A DNA stretch of 64,000 nucleotides from Rebecca billardiae RCC1528 (GCA_965240325.2 OZ251222.1:2790001-2854000), one strand, 5' to 3'; counted from the first letter of the stretch, positions 24,362 through 36,785 are shown. The notes: generated by a model from the letters alone, not told the origin. Numbers and translations: made by a program.

Positions 24362-26344
24362 CGGCCTCGGCCGCTCCGCCGGGCTCGTCCGCCTCCTCCA
24401 GCCCTGCGAGCAGCGCCGAGTAGTTGTCATCCGCGGGCCTCTCCACGTACGGCTCAAGCCGCCTGCCGAGCTCGTCGACGCGCGAGTCGCCGAGGCCGAG
24501 CCCGCTGTGCGTCACGCCGAGGAACGAGTTCGCGCGGTCGCGGTCCACCCGCCGGCTGCCCGCCGGCGAGAGCGGCGAGCGCGTCATCGCGATCATCGCG
24601 GCCGCGCGCTCCGCAGGCGTCATGTCGATCAGCACCTTGGGCGGCTCCGTCGAGCTGCGGGGCAGCTGGCCGGGCGCGTCCCCGCTCGGGTGGGCGCTGC
24701 CGCCGTTCGAGCTCGCGCTCCCGACCGTCCCAGCCATCGCCGCCGCCACGCTCTTCTCCTCGAGCACGCTCGAGCCCGAGCTGCCCATCCGCGCCGTCGC
24801 GAGCTCGGCGGGCTGCGCGCCTCGCTCGGCGCTCGCAGGCGTGAGCATGAGTCGCGGCCGGAGCGAGTCGGAGACCGGGCCCGGCGCGGCGCTCAGCGGC
24901 GTCGGCACGTTGTCCGAGAGGCTCGATGCGCGCTTGAGCCCGTCCCCCGGGCCGCCGCCGCCGCTGTCGCTGCCGAGCGGGCTGCGCAGGTCGCCCGTGC
25001 TGAGCGCGCCCGCCAGCCGCGCGCGCACGGCCAGCTCGTCCGCGCCCGCGCCGCCCAGCTCCCTGCTCGCCGCGCTCGACGGGAAGTGCGGCGAGTCCCC
25101 CGCTTTCTGCATCGTGCGCTCGAGCAGCTCGACGTCGAAGGCGACCTGCTCGCCGCGCACGGTGACGTTGAGCCCGCCAAGCGTCGCCGCGCGCGAGGTG
25201 GGCGAGAGCATCTGCAGCTGCACCGTCGAGTCCTTTGCCTTCTCAAAGCGCTCGCGCGCCTCCTCCGCCTGCCCCTCCTGAAGCATGCGCATGGCGTCCG
25301 AGACGATCGCGTCCGGCCGCTCGCCGAGGTCGCCGAGCAGCGTGGAGCGGCGCGAGCCCGGCGCGTCGTTCTCGCCGCCCTCGTACGCCGAGGCGATCGC
25401 CTCCTTCGTCGACGTGATCCAGGGGTGCGACGAGATCTGCACCGCGGTCGGCCGCAGCTCGGGCGTCTTCTCAAAGCACTTGAGGCAGAACGCGCGCAGC
25501 CCGTCGGAGATGTCGGACGGCAGCGGCGGGTGCACGTCCTGCACGATGCGCCAGAGCGCGGACATCGGCGCCAGGTCGAAGTACGGCGGCTCGCCCGTGA
25601 GCAGCTCGATGCACGTGCAGCCCAGCGACCAGATGTCCGACGCAGTCGTGAAGCCGCTCATCTGGATGATCTCGGGCGCCATCCAGTACGGCGTGCCCAC
25701 GACCGAGTTGGAGCGGTTGGCGTCGTCGTTGACCTTGGCGGCGACGCCAAAGTCGGCGAGCTTGACCGTGCCCTCCTTCGTGATCAGGATGTTCGCGCCC
25801 TTAATGTCCCGGTGGATCACGCCCTGCTCGTGCAGGTACGCGAGCCCGTCGAGCACCTGCGAGATGTAGATGCCCACCAGCTGCTCGGGGAACGAGCCAA
25901 ACTTCTTGAGGATGGACTGGAGCGAGCCGTTCTCGACGTACTCGAGGACGATGTAGAGCGAGTCCTTTGTCGTGATCGTCTCGATGTAGTTCACAATGTT
26001 CGGGTGCTTGAGCAGCTTCATCAGCTCGACCTCGCTTGCGAGCGCGGCAACGTCGTCCTTGGACATCCCGCTCGTCGACATCTGCTTGATCGCGACAAAC
26101 TCGCCAGTCTCGACACGCAGCGCCTTGAAGACGCGCGCCGAGCTGCCACGCCCCAGCTCGTCGCCAGGCGCCTGCGCGCGCGGCGGCGCGCGTTCGCGCA
26201 CCCGCCGCAGGGCGAACGCGCCAACCAGGCGTGAGATGCGGCCCGAGGCCAGACTGCGCGCGCACGCGCGCGCGCAAGGGGCAAGCCGCTTGCGCGTACG
26301 TATTTGCCGATCATCTTCTCCTTCTGCCGCCCCATCCTCAGCAT
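22175..26344 (-). CDS. Cdc15/Cdc7(S. pombe)/SepH/MAP3K-epsilon-like Ser/Thr kinase with C-terminal ARM-like region
   Basis: Exon 1 MLRMGRQKEKMIGKY splices to APGDELGRGSSARV; VAIK, HRDIKGANIL, DFG, VVGTPYWMAPE; C-terminal LYHLCKLNRLRQEQA, ALPMLCDIA, ALEALAAWL. Introns near 26172-26299, 22781-22912 and 22559-22684 (boundaries approximate). Confidence 0.88.
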
Positions 26345-26851
26345 GGTTGCTCGGAACCTGCCGCCCCGGGGCGGGGGCGGCCTCGCACACCGGAGCGCGC
26401 GCGCTCAGCCAGGCAGCCGTCAAGGCGCTGCCACCGCCCCCTTCTCAGCCAAGGCGATTTCAGGATGGCGGCGCGCAAGCGTGCCGTGTCGATGGGTGCT
26501 TGGGCCTGAATCGCACACAGCTCATCAGGCAGGCGAGATTGACGCCCGCTACAGTATGGCTTTGAATACCGCAGTCAGTAGCTACCTGCCCCACTAGCTA
26601 CTCTTCGGATGACTAGCTTAGGGGCACTGATCACGGCTACGGCGGCGGAACTAATGCAGCCGCGCAGATCGATCAGTAAACGCGCGGTCGTAATTCGGCA
26701 TGTATAGTCAGCCGCAGCCTCGCCCTCCGGCTCCGCCAGGGCGGCCCTGCACTCACCCGCAGTCGCCGGGCGCCGCGGGGGGCGCCGGGCCGCGCCGGCA
26801 GCCTGCGCGCCGCTTGCGCGTGCCTGCCGGGCGGCCGCCGGGCTCCGAAGC

Positions 26852-28947
26852 TCAGCGCCTCATGTGCTCATCCTTCACGAGCGACCACGCCAGGCCGAAG
26901 CCCACGCACGCCAGCACCACACCCACGCCCACCCCCGAGTAGTACACAAGCTTACCCTCGTCCACAAGCACCGCGAATACAAAGGTGAGCGTCAGCCCAA
27001 CCACAGCGTAGCAGTGCGCCGCCGAGAAGACCATCTCGCCGTAGCTCGAGCCCGAGCGGTCGACGCCCTCCTTGGTGAGCATGTGCCCGAGGACCGCAAA
27101 CACAATGGCGCCGCTGATGATGAAGCCGGCCCCCACGCCCCGCTGTCAGGCGCAGCGGTGCGCGCGCGCGGCGGGGCACATCGCAACGGCGCCATCCGCA
27201 CGTGAGACGCGTGTGTCTGGGCACGCGCGCACGCGCGCGCGCAAGGAGCTGGGCGGGGCGGGGCGCAGGCGCATCACGCGCGCGCTCCGCACCGTCACGT
27301 CAAACGCCGAGGCAGCCGCGACGCAGCCAGCGAAGAAGCACGCGACGGCGACCGCAAGCGCGGTCACGAGCACGTTGGAGCGCGTGCGCCGACCGCCCGG
27401 CTTGCTCCGCAAGAAGCGCACAAAGTTGGCGAGCACGAGCGCGCCCAGCAGCCCGACGCCCGACGCCCACAGCGCGACGCCCGCGTCGTACACCTTGAGC
27501 TGCGCCTCGCTCGCGGCCGTGTAGAAGCCGAGCACCACGTACGGCGCGTCTTCGCGCGGCCGCGCCTTGCCGAGCGAGACGTCGAGCTCGGCGTGCAGAG
27601 CGAGCGGCCATCGGCCCGGGCTGAGGCTCGAGGGCGGCTCGAACTCCGGGAGGCGCACCTCCGCGCTGCGGGCGGCGCGCGCGCGCAGAGGGCGGCGGGA
27701 GCGCGGCCGGTCGGGGGCGTGGGCGCGCGCGCGCCGGCGGCAGCGGGCCCGCGGCGCGCGCGGGGCGCGTGGGCGCGCGGTGTCGCCGCAGCCCCGCACC
27801 GGTCCATGTCCTCCTCTGCAACCATCGGCTCGCCCGATTCCGAGTCGCCCTGGTCGTTGCGCGTGCGCGTGCGCGAGGAGCGGCGGTGCACGGCGGTGCC
27901 GAGCAGCAGGCCAGCGGGCACCGCACCGGCGCGCCGGCTGCCGTACGGCGTGCCGACTGCGCTCTGCCGGTAGGAGCGCGCCCAGCCGGACGCCGAGCCC
28001 GTGCTGGCCGTGCGGCCGGCGGTCGCGCTGCGCCTGCCAGCGGTGTATGTGCTGCCGCCGCCGCCCCCGCTCGTGCGCGACACGCCCCCGCTGCCGCCGC
28101 TGCTGCCGCCGCTGCTGCCGCCGCCGCCGCTGCTGCCGCCGCTGCCGCCGGCCTTGAGCAAGGTGCGCTCGGTCTGAGGCGCCACGTCCGGGTGTGCCAC
28201 AGCCGCGAGCTGACGGCGCGCCCGTGGCGCCGTCACGTCTGAGGTGGCCGACACGAGCTGCGTGCCCTGCGCGTCCTCGAGCCGCCAGCTGATGTCAACG
28301 CTCGCCCCAGAGGTGACGTACATGACGAGGTGGTACTGCCTATGGGGCAGAAACGAGGCGGCGTTCGCGCCGATCGCCCACGACTGGCTCTTTGATTGTG
28401 CTGAGCCAGCGGGGCAGGTCGTGCCTGCGCCCTCGTAGTGGCCAACCCAGTGCGAGCAGTTGGAAGCCTTGTTCGCACAGCACGTCGAGGCCTCCCAGAG
28501 CGTGAACGTCTCCGCCGGCCGATGGCTCTCCTGCATCGCCTTGCCCGTCACGATCAGCACGAAGCTGAGCACGAGCAGGCACCACGAGACGGGCATCGAT
28601 CGGCAGAGGAATCGTGCCGAGGATTCGGGCTTGTCCTCGGCCAGTCCCAGAGGCGGGTGCGCTCCCTCCGGATCGGCACGCTCCGCGTAGGGCGGCGAGT
28701 AGATGCGCGCAACGGGGGGCTCGCTCGCCTTTCCAGCGCCGGGCTCCATGTACGCCGCGCCCGCCACGCCCACGGCGCCCAGCTCAAGGCCCTTGGGAGC
28801 TGGCGGCGCGCTCGGGGCGCCGAATGGCAACCCACCCGCGGGGCTGGCACTATCGGCTGGCACCGCCATCGGGCGCGGTTCCTCGCCGTTGGGGAGACCC
28901 GCGTCCGATGTGCCGTCGAAACCGTCGCCGCCCGCGCGCTCCGCCAT
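26852..28947 (-). CDS. Uncharacterised membrane protein (N-terminal TM, Gly/Ser-rich lumenal domain, ~5 C-terminal TMs)
   Basis: Three ORF pieces join in frame through GT-AG introns 27666-27799 and 27143-27292. Confidence 0.65.
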
Positions 28948-29155
28948 GTTGTCCTGCTGCCGCGCGGCTTGCCCCTCCGCCTTCCGCCTCTACAGCTGGG
29001 AAAGAAGCCGCCAGAGAAAGCCGTTGACGGTTACATTCCCTTACATACTGGTTCCGGGTGCGGGTGCCTTGATCGCCGGACTGCCTTGCGCCCTGGTCCC
29101 GCCTCGCCTCGTCTTTCGAGAAGAGGGGAGGAGCACCCGGCTGCGTGCGCGCTTG

Positions 29156-29623
29156 ATGACGATGGCAAAGGCCGTGTCGTTCCTCGTGCTCGCGTGTGCC
29201 GCTGGCGCGCACGCGTTCGCCGGGGGCCCGCGCGTGGGCCTGGGCGGCAGTGTGCTGATGCGCAGCTCTCGGCTGTCCTCGGCAACCACCGCGCGGCGTG
29301 CCACGATGGATGGGTCTGAGTCCCCGGCGGCAGAGCAGTCGCTGCCGCCTCTCCCGCCACTTCCCGAGCTCAACGACGTGGAGCTGGCTGAGCAGATCAG
29401 GGACCTGGATGCGCTGACGGACAAGTGGCGTGGCGAGTCAGATCAGGAGGCATTCGACAACGCGCAGCTCCTTGGCTTCTGCGAGCAGGCTGAGACGATC
29501 AACGGCCGCTTCGCGATGTTCTTCTTTGTGACGGGCCTTTTCACCGAGGTCTACACTGGGCAGACCGTGCCCGAGCAGGTGGTGACCATGCTCGAGGTCG
29601 CGGGCGTCTTGCCGCCGTCATAA
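29156..29623 (+). CDS. Plastid one-helix light-harvesting-like protein (OHP/HLIP/LIL family)
   Basis: Bipartite targeting peptide ...CAAGAHA-FA (ASAFAP-like) with a Ser/Arg transit peptide; LHC motif GFCEQAETINGRFAMFFF. Confidence 0.88.
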   Translation: MTMAKAVSFLVLACAAGAHAFAGGPRVGLGGSVLMRSSRLSSATTARRATMDGSESPAAEQSLPPLPPLPELNDVELAEQIRDLDALTDKWRGESDQEAFDNAQLLGFCEQAETINGRFAMFFFVTGLFTEVYTGQTVPEQVVTMLEVAGVLPPS

Positions 29624-30121
29624 ACCCTGCCGATCAACACTGCAATGGCTCCGCCGTGCTCGCTCTCGTCGGGCACGAGGCAGCCGACGCCCCGATGTCT
29701 TGGCACCGACAGGCCATGTCTCCGTTTGGAGACTGGCCGCTCACAGCGTTCCCACCCTTCACCAGGATTGGCACCCTCCACGCTAACTGAGGCCATCGCT
29801 CGTCAATCACGCACGGCGACCATGCGGACCGCGCACGGGCTTCATCCGTGTTGCCGCCTGACGGCTGACAACCTGATTTGGAGCCCGCCAAGTTGTGCTT
29901 CCGCCCGCCCCGGGGTCCGATGCCTCACAGTGGCAGGTCAGACGTTGATGCGCGTGGCGAGTCCCCGTCTCCGAGGACGAGTTACCCCGCCGTTATTATA
30001 TTAGCGCACTACGGTCCGAGCGTATTGACCCCGCGGCGCCGACGAGCTGATGAGCCATGAGGCATATTCGATATATCGAATAAGATTTCAATCACTTGCC
30101 ATCCTGTTACTGTAGTCAATT

Positions 30122-30162
30122 ATACCATTGACGAATTAATTGAATTAATTCGTCAATGGTAT
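30122..30162. repeat. Perfect inverted repeat, 20-bp arms, 1-nt spacer
   Basis: ataccattgacgaattaatt-g-aattaattcgtcaatggtat. Confidence 0.95.
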
Positions 30163-30416
30163 TCAGACATTTCATTTTCAGTGCGCGCGGGCAGTCCGGA
30201 CTCCGGTCACCGTAACCGTTCACGTGGATGGCGTAGTTATATTTATGAGACCGTGTGTCCGTTAGGCGTTAGCTGGCAACGCAGCTCATCGTCCAGCTCA
30301 CTCATGGCGGCCCGGAGATCGTCACTAGTGACGTCGTCAGTTGTCCGCAGCGCGCCTTGGCAGAGTTATATTAGGACAGAGAATTTATACTTAAAGACAT
30401 GTATATAATAAATTAT

Positions 30417-30438
30417 GAGAGAGAGAGAGAGAGAGAGA
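30417..30438. repeat. (GA)n microsatellite
   Basis: Direct reading. Confidence 0.9.
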
Positions 30439-31088
30439 TATCGCATATGTCTATATGGAGACAAATAACCGCCTAGACTACTGACGCCCTAGACCGCTGA
30501 CAATTAATTACGGTCCGGGCGGGCCGCGGCGGGCGCGGTCCTAGCTAGCAGATCTGGATTGAGGATTCGGCTCCGTGACCGGACTGACTGACCGCTATCG
30601 CGGAGTCCGGCCTTCGCAGGGCTGCCGACCGACTCACCGACCCAATGACGCTTATGATTCGTCGGATCTTGATGCGGCTGTCGGTGACTCGGTTAACTCG
30701 GTCCCGCTGACCGGACGTCCGGAGGCGGCGCGCCGCGCGGGCGGGCCGGGGGCGCGCCGGCCGGGACGCCCACGCGGAGCGAGGCGGGGGCGCTCTGCCC
30801 CGGACTCGGACCCGGAGGCCGATTGCGGCAGGAGTTTTCGTCATGGCATTATTGGAATCGTGCATGGACAACAGTATACAGTCGTAGCTGCGTTAGCGCC
30901 GCGGCCGTCCGTCCAAAAGCGGCCGCGCGGGCCACGGGTACTCCGTAGTTCGTACAGTACGACTGTGTGATTGTGTGAACGGTAAATTATATTAGTACTA
31001 ACTGTAAGTCTAGCTACGACCGTACTGTTTTAGGCGTACCGACTACAGGCAACAGCTGAGTCGCGGGCAGTCTAATAAAGCTGTCACG

Positions 31089-31220
<132 letters not shown>

Positions 31221-31777
31221 AGAAAGTGAGACTTGATCTATTGTCATCTGGCCTAGATCGAAAGTGAGACTAGCGATCGGCTGGTTCGCAATCCCGATGA
31301 ACAGACCGTAGCATACAGACTACGTACAGTAGTCACACTGATATGAATGAAGTCGTAGTGGGAGCTAGGGCCTAGGAGTGCATCCGGCGTGGCGCACGCG
31401 GCACCAACCACGCACACAGCATTTACCACACCCGATACTCTCACGACTTACGACTAACTAGTCGTAACTCCTAGGACTCCGAAGATGATGCTGATGATGA
31501 GGCGTCGGCACGCAGCGTATACTACTGAATATGCGTATATATATATACTGTACGTACTACTGCTGATGTCGTTTCTAAAAGACGATCAAGATGACGCGAC
31601 CGCCGCCGAGTCGTGAGACCGAGTCGGCGAGTCTGAGACGTGAGCGCCAGAGCGCCCGGCCCCCACGGGCCCACGGCCCCCGGGCCCGGCGGATTCGGAT
31701 GCAGACGCATCGCATCAGCATCATCGTCATCAGCAGTATCTGCTTCGCGTCGGCGTCGTCGTCGCACGCGCGTCTCG

Positions 31778-32620
31778 CTACTCCTGGTTGGGCCGGCTGA
31801 TTGGGCCTAGCAACTCAGGCTTGGACCCGCGTTGGACGTAGTACTCGCGTCCGAACACGATCCGCATGGCATTCCTGAGCCACGTGCCGTCGTTGGCCCT
31901 GGAGACCTGAGTGCAAACGAGCTTCGCGAGCACGGGGAACAGAATGCTGAGCGTTCGCAGGAGCGCGTCGATCAGCGGCGACGGCCGGGACTCGTGACCA
32001 CGCGTGGTGCCCCTGGCGCCTTGCAGGTGGGCGAGCGCGGATGAGCGGGCATCGTCGGCGTGCGCCAGCTTGAACTGGGCGGCCCGCCGATGGATCGCCT
32101 CGCCGCGGGTGTGAGCGCTCGCGTGCAGGACATCGCTGTGCATCAGCACGGCGAGCCCTCCCCCTGGGGCGCGAATGACCTCGGGAGCCGTCCACACGAA
32201 GGGCCACGTGCGATGTGAGCCGACGCACACGGAGAGCGCAGGCCCGCTCATCTCGTACACCAGCAGGGTGTACACCGGATGATGGAGGCCGAGGTCGTTT
32301 GGAGACGAGGTCGTGTCGCGATGGAAGGTTGGGATGGACCCCCCATCGATCTCGTAGGTGTAGTTGAGCATCTCGTACGCCTGCCCGAGATGCCGCAAGG
32401 CCATGTTGATCGCCTGGGATCTCGACTGGGCTGTCGTTTCATTCTTGGCTTCACCAAACACGACCATGCCATCTCGGGCGAGGGTGAGACGCCTCGCCTC
32501 CCAAGGCTCCAGCTCTCGCTCGCGCGTGAAGACCACGCAGTAGCACATTGCCAGTGCGATCGCGACCGCAATCCTGGACACGCGTTTATGCGTCAACGTC
32601 CGTCGAAACGATGAGGACAT
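31778..32620 (-). CDS. Membrane-anchored PhyH-like Fe(II)/2-oxoglutarate dioxygenase
   Basis: N-terminal TM (IAVAIALAMCYCVVF); HxD motif TFHRD, LSVCVGSH, distal His LMHSDVLHAS, RRAAQF. Confidence 0.7.
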   Translation of the reverse strand: MSSSFRRTLTHKRVSRIAVAIALAMCYCVVFTRERELEPWEARRLTLARDGMVVFGEAKNETTAQSRSQAINMALRHLGQAYEMLNYTYEIDGGSIPTFHRDTTSSPNDLGLHHPVYTLLVYEMSGPALSVCVGSHRTWPFVWTAPEVIRAPGGGLAVLMHSDVLHASAHTRGEAIHRRAAQFKLAHADDARSSALAHLQGARGTTRGHESRPSPLIDALLRTLSILFPVLAKLVCTQVSRANDGTWLRNAMRIVFGREYYVQRGSKPELLGPISRPNQE

Positions 32621-33464
32621 GGAGACGACGCGGCCGGCTTGTGGTCTGGGGCGCCGGCCAGTTCCGTGGGTGCCGAACGTGTCTCCGCGATTCTGAGCTC
32701 GAATACTGTGATACGTATGCTGGCCTGAAAATGGTGCTCAGAATTGATACTGTATCCAAGACTCCGTTGTGTATTATCGAGCTCCTTCGCGTGCGCAGAT
32801 CCCACGTACCGTATGAGCAATTATACATACTGAATGCGGGTGTCCGAAGGGTGCCCGACAATTGTTGGCCCGGGACCGGGAGGCCAGCGCCAGCGCCCAC
32901 GGCACGGCGCGCAACGGGACGAGGCATGCGGCCGACTTGTCGCTTGTGCGGCGGCGGTGCGGTGCTCAGGTGGCGAAGGGAGAGGGTGGTACTCCGCTCT
33001 GCGCCGCGTGCCGGCCACTTGTCGTTTCCTCCGCTCCTAGGGCCTGCGCGCGTCCATGCCGCCTTGCAGTGAAGCCTTGCAAGCACACGATGATGCGCAC
33101 CCCGGCTGGAGGCGAGTGTGTGTCGTCGCGCGACACGGTGGTCACTGCACGCGAGCGTTTCGTGGCTAGGAAGTTGCATGCCGTACGCGCACTCTGCCGC
33201 CTGCGCGCCGGCGCTCTTGAGCTGCCAGTCAGTCAAGCACACCGCGCACAGGATGACCAGCCAGGTCCAGGTGATTTCTCCCGCTGCCATCCTCGCAGCC
33301 AGCCAGCCGCCGCCAAGGCGGAAGCCAAGTGCGCCGGGACGTGACATGAGCCTACTCAGTCGGAGTGCCGGTTAAACAAGCCAACAAATGCATATATAAG
33401 TTAACTACTCCGTGCCGCGTGCGGCGGACTGACAGAGTCAGAGTGCGGCAGACTCACTGAGTTA

Positions 33465-33908
33465 CAGTTTATATTATTTGTTTTAACGTGCTTAAGGCTC
33501 TTGGTGGCAGGTTGCCGCGCCATCCTTCATCGCACGCTCTCCGAAGAGAGACCTAGGCTGTCCGACTCTACACTGCTGTGTAGAGCCGGACAGGCTAAGA
33601 GAGGCTACCTGGAAACTGGTTTGAACCGGCCATGACCACTCACCACAGTGTCTGGCCACTGTACTCTCGAGGTGGCTGGGATACAACATCCAGGTGCAGC
33701 ACCCTCCCCGTGTGGTGTCAGAGCGCGCTCCAGAGCGCGTGCCTCCGAGCGCGGGGCGGCCGCTTGCTGCAATGGCCGCCTCGATGAGGTGCGGCAACGC
33801 GCCCCTCACCTGCCTGCGCCGGTCTGTTTTGTGGCGGTGTCTTTGTGCAGTGTTGGATGGCGTCAATCACGCCTTAACCAAGTGTGCACGTTAAAACATA
33901 GTAAACTG
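33465..33908. mobile_element. Candidate Tc1/mariner-pogo-type MITE (~444 bp)
   Basis: TA|CAGTTTA...TGTTTTAACGTGC-TTAAGGC (33463-33498) is inverted at GCCTTAA...GCACGTTAAAACA..TAAACTG|TA (33871-33910); CAG termini with TA duplication. Confidence 0.55.
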
Positions 33909-34394
33909 TAGTATTGCCTATTGAGTATTGGGCCCATTGGCCAAGTCAATTAGTCAATTAGAATTTTAAGATTACTCTGATTACTAATCGGTCGCGGGCA
34001 TCATCGTGTGGAAAGCCTCCGGCGCCCGGACAGCCGCTCGCGAGGCGAGGCGAGGCTTAGCGAGGCGGAGCCGTCAGCGGCGGCCCGCGGGCGCGGAGTC
34101 ACGACTGAGCGGTGAGTGGGTGACCCGCGCCCGAGCCCTGACGACGGGATCCGGTCGCGTGCTGTCGCAGGGCGCCAGGGCGGGGCGCGGTACAGACAGT
34201 ACGTCGGCGCCGCCTCACTGATGCCACATGGCGCCAGGCCCGAGTGCCGCCGCCGACCCGGAATCGTCGCAGTGATCGATCTGCAGACCTCCTCCAGCTC
34301 GGCGTGCAGGCTCAGGATGACGCTCGTCATAGCTCGTACGTCACCCAGTGAACTGTCTGCGTGGCGCGGGATGGGCTGACGGCAGAGTCTGACG

Positions 34395-35318
34395 TCAGCC
34401 CACCATGTACCAGCAACGCACGCCGCCTGCGCTCACCTCCTTGAGCCGTTGTACGTGGCGCATGATGGACATGATGTTCTTGCCCGTCGCGTCTTGCTTC
34501 ACCAGACGCGCCCCCTTGCAGTCCTCCTCCGAGATGAAGAGCAGGCCCTTGAGCCGAGGGTGCTCGAGCTCGAGCTGCTTGTAAGCAGCCTGCTGCTTCT
34601 TCTGCTCGGCACTCAGCGATCGGGTCGGCGCGCGCAGCACCTCGTACTTGTGCGTGAAAACCTCGTACACCTCGTCCACCGCAGAGTTCATCTTCTCGAG
34701 GGAGAGGCGCGAGCGCATGTACGCGGGCGCCGAATTGAGCTCGTCAGTCGTGAGGTAGGCGATCGGTGGCACCGACACTGCCTTCTTGGCCTTCGGCGGC
34801 TGCTCGGACGAGCTGGGCGAGGTGCCGGGCCTCGACGGCGGCGGTGCGGGCGCGTGCCCGGCGGAGACATTCGCGGACGTCGGCGCCTCGCTCAACGGTG
34901 CGCGTGCGCGCTCGCTGTGCGGAGCCCGGCCGGGCGCGGCCGTCGACGCGGCCGTGACGCTCGAGGTGCTGCGTTGCGCAGCGCGCTCGCTCGCGATGCG
35001 CGCGTCACCCGGGAGGTGTGCCGGGAGGCGAGTCTGCATGGCCTGCGCGCGGGCCGCTTGCAGATGCGCCGCATGGCCCAGCGCCTTTGCGCTCTCGATC
35101 GCTCGCCTTTCGTCTGCGATGACGGTCCGCACAGCGTGCACATCGTTCTCGACCGCGCGCAAGTGCGCGTCGAGGGTGGCGAGGATGTCCGCCGCGTCGG
35201 CGTCCTGGTCGGACGTGCGCAATAGGACGAGGGTCTTGAGAGTGCGCAGCCGATGGTCGAACTCCTGCACGAGCGCCTTGAAAGAGCCGTCGTCGCCCGC
35301 GCGTGGCGGCGCCCCCAT
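34395..35318 (-). CDS. SKA1: Spindle and kinetochore-associated protein 1, copy 1
   Basis: N-terminal coiled coil; C-terminal microtubule-binding domain LTTDELNSAPAYMRSRLSLEKMN...KY...FISEED...TGKNIMSIMRHVQRLKE. Confidence 0.88.
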   Translation of the reverse strand: MGAPPRAGDDGSFKALVQEFDHRLRTLKTLVLLRTSDQDADAADILATLDAHLRAVENDVHAVRTVIADERRAIESAKALGHAAHLQAARAQAMQTRLPAHLPGDARIASERAAQRSTSSVTAASTAAPGRAPHSERARAPLSEAPTSANVSAGHAPAPPPSRPGTSPSSSEQPPKAKKAVSVPPIAYLTTDELNSAPAYMRSRLSLEKMNSAVDEVYEVFTHKYEVLRAPTRSLSAEQKKQQAAYKQLELEHPRLKGLLFISEEDCKGARLVKQDATGKNIMSIMRHVQRLKEVSAGGVRCWYMVG

Positions 35319-35861
35319 CTTTCGAACGCGCTTGCTTCTTGAGCGGTCGCCGCCTCACCGGTCGTTGGAGTACTTGTCCGGGTGCGCGCAGCTTGGGTTC
35401 GGCGGTCCGCCGGCCAAGGCCCATGGTAGCGTGCTAACTATAGTAGTATGAGCCTAGTACTGAGTACTGACTACTGACTAAGACTGGAGCCCTACAGAGA
35501 CTATTATTCGAAGACGAGGCAAGGTGCAGACTGAATCATGAATCACATCCTGACGATTGGGCACGAGTCCGAGCTGAGGCCGATTCCGAGTGCAGGCCCG
35601 AGCCCTGACGACGGGATCCGGTCGCGTGCTGTCGCAGGGCGCCAGGGCGGGGCGCGGTACAGACAGTACGTCGGCGCCGCCTCACTGATGCCACATGGCG
35701 CCAGGCCCGAGTGCCGCCGCCGACCCGGAATCGTCGCAGTGATCGATCTGCAGACCTCCTCCAGCTCGGCGTGCAGGCTCAGGATGACGCTCGTCATAGC
35801 TCGTACGTCACCCAGTGAACTGTCTGCGTGGCGCGGGATGGGCTGACGGCAGAGTCTGACG

Positions 35862-36785
35862 TCAGCCCACCATGTACCAGCAACGCACGCCGCCTGCGCT
35901 CACCTCCTTGAGCCGTTGTACGTGGCGCATGATGGACATGATGTTCTTGCCCGTCGCGTCTTGCTTCACCAGACGCGCCCCCTTGCAGTCCTCCTCCGAG
36001 ATGAAGAGCAGGCCCTTGAGCCGAGGGTGCTCGAGCTCGAGCTGCTTGTAAGCAGCCTGCTGCTTCTTCTGCTCGGCACTCAGCGATCGGGTCGGCGCGC
36101 GCAGCACCTCGTACTTGTGCGTGAAAACCTCGTACACCTCGTCCACCGCAGAGTTCATCTTCTCGAGGGAGAGGCGCGAGCGCATGTACGCGGGCGCCGA
36201 ATTGAGCTCGTCAGTCGTGAGGTAGGCGATCGGTGGCACCGACACTGCCTTCTTGGCCTTCGGCGGCTGCTCGGACGAGCTGGGCGAGGTGCCGGGCCTC
36301 GACGGCGGCGGTGCGGGCGCGTGCCCGGCGGAGACATTCGCGGACGTCGGCGCCTCGCTCAACGGTGCGCGTGCGCGCTCGCTGTGCGGAGCCCGGCCGG
36401 GCGCGGCCGTCGACGCGGCCGTGACGCTCGAGGTGCTGCGTTGCGCAGCGCGCTCGCTCGCGATGCGCGCGTCACCCGGGAGGTGTGCCGGGAGGCGAGT
36501 CTGCATGGCCTGCGCGCGGGCCGCTTGCAGATGCGCCGCATGGCCCAGCGCCTTTGCGCTCTCGATCGCTCGCCTTTCGTCTGCGATGACGGTCCGCACA
36601 GCGTGCACATCGTTCTCGACCGCGCGCAAGTGCGCGTCGAGGGTGGCGAGGATGTCCGCCGCGTCGGCGTCCTGGTCGGACGTGCGCAATAGGACGAGGG
36701 TCTTGAGAGTGCGCAGCCGATGGTCGAACTCCTGCACGAGCGCCTTGAAAGAGCCGTCGTCGCCCGCGCGTGGCGGCGCCCCCAT
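35862..36785 (-). CDS. SKA1: Spindle and kinetochore-associated protein 1, copy 2
   Basis: Translation identical to copy 1; offset 1467 bp. Confidence 0.88.
   Translation of the reverse strand: MGAPPRAGDDGSFKALVQEFDHRLRTLKTLVLLRTSDQDADAADILATLDAHLRAVENDVHAVRTVIADERRAIESAKALGHAAHLQAARAQAMQTRLPAHLPGDARIASERAAQRSTSSVTAASTAAPGRAPHSERARAPLSEAPTSANVSAGHAPAPPPSRPGTSPSSSEQPPKAKKAVSVPPIAYLTTDELNSAPAYMRSRLSLEKMNSAVDEVYEVFTHKYEVLRAPTRSLSAEQKKQQAAYKQLELEHPRLKGLLFISEEDCKGARLVKQDATGKNIMSIMRHVQRLKEVSAGGVRCWYMVG

Noticed and set aside
22917-26234. 1105-aa plus-strand ORF, and similar antisense ORFs at 52631-54361, 56207-59521 and 57780-61421
   Set aside because: Antisense shadows of real GC-rich genes; Arg/Ala-rich with no domains
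32586-33347. 253-aa minus-strand ORF upstream of the dioxygenase
   Set aside because: No recognisable domain or splice structure; cannot be supported as a gene
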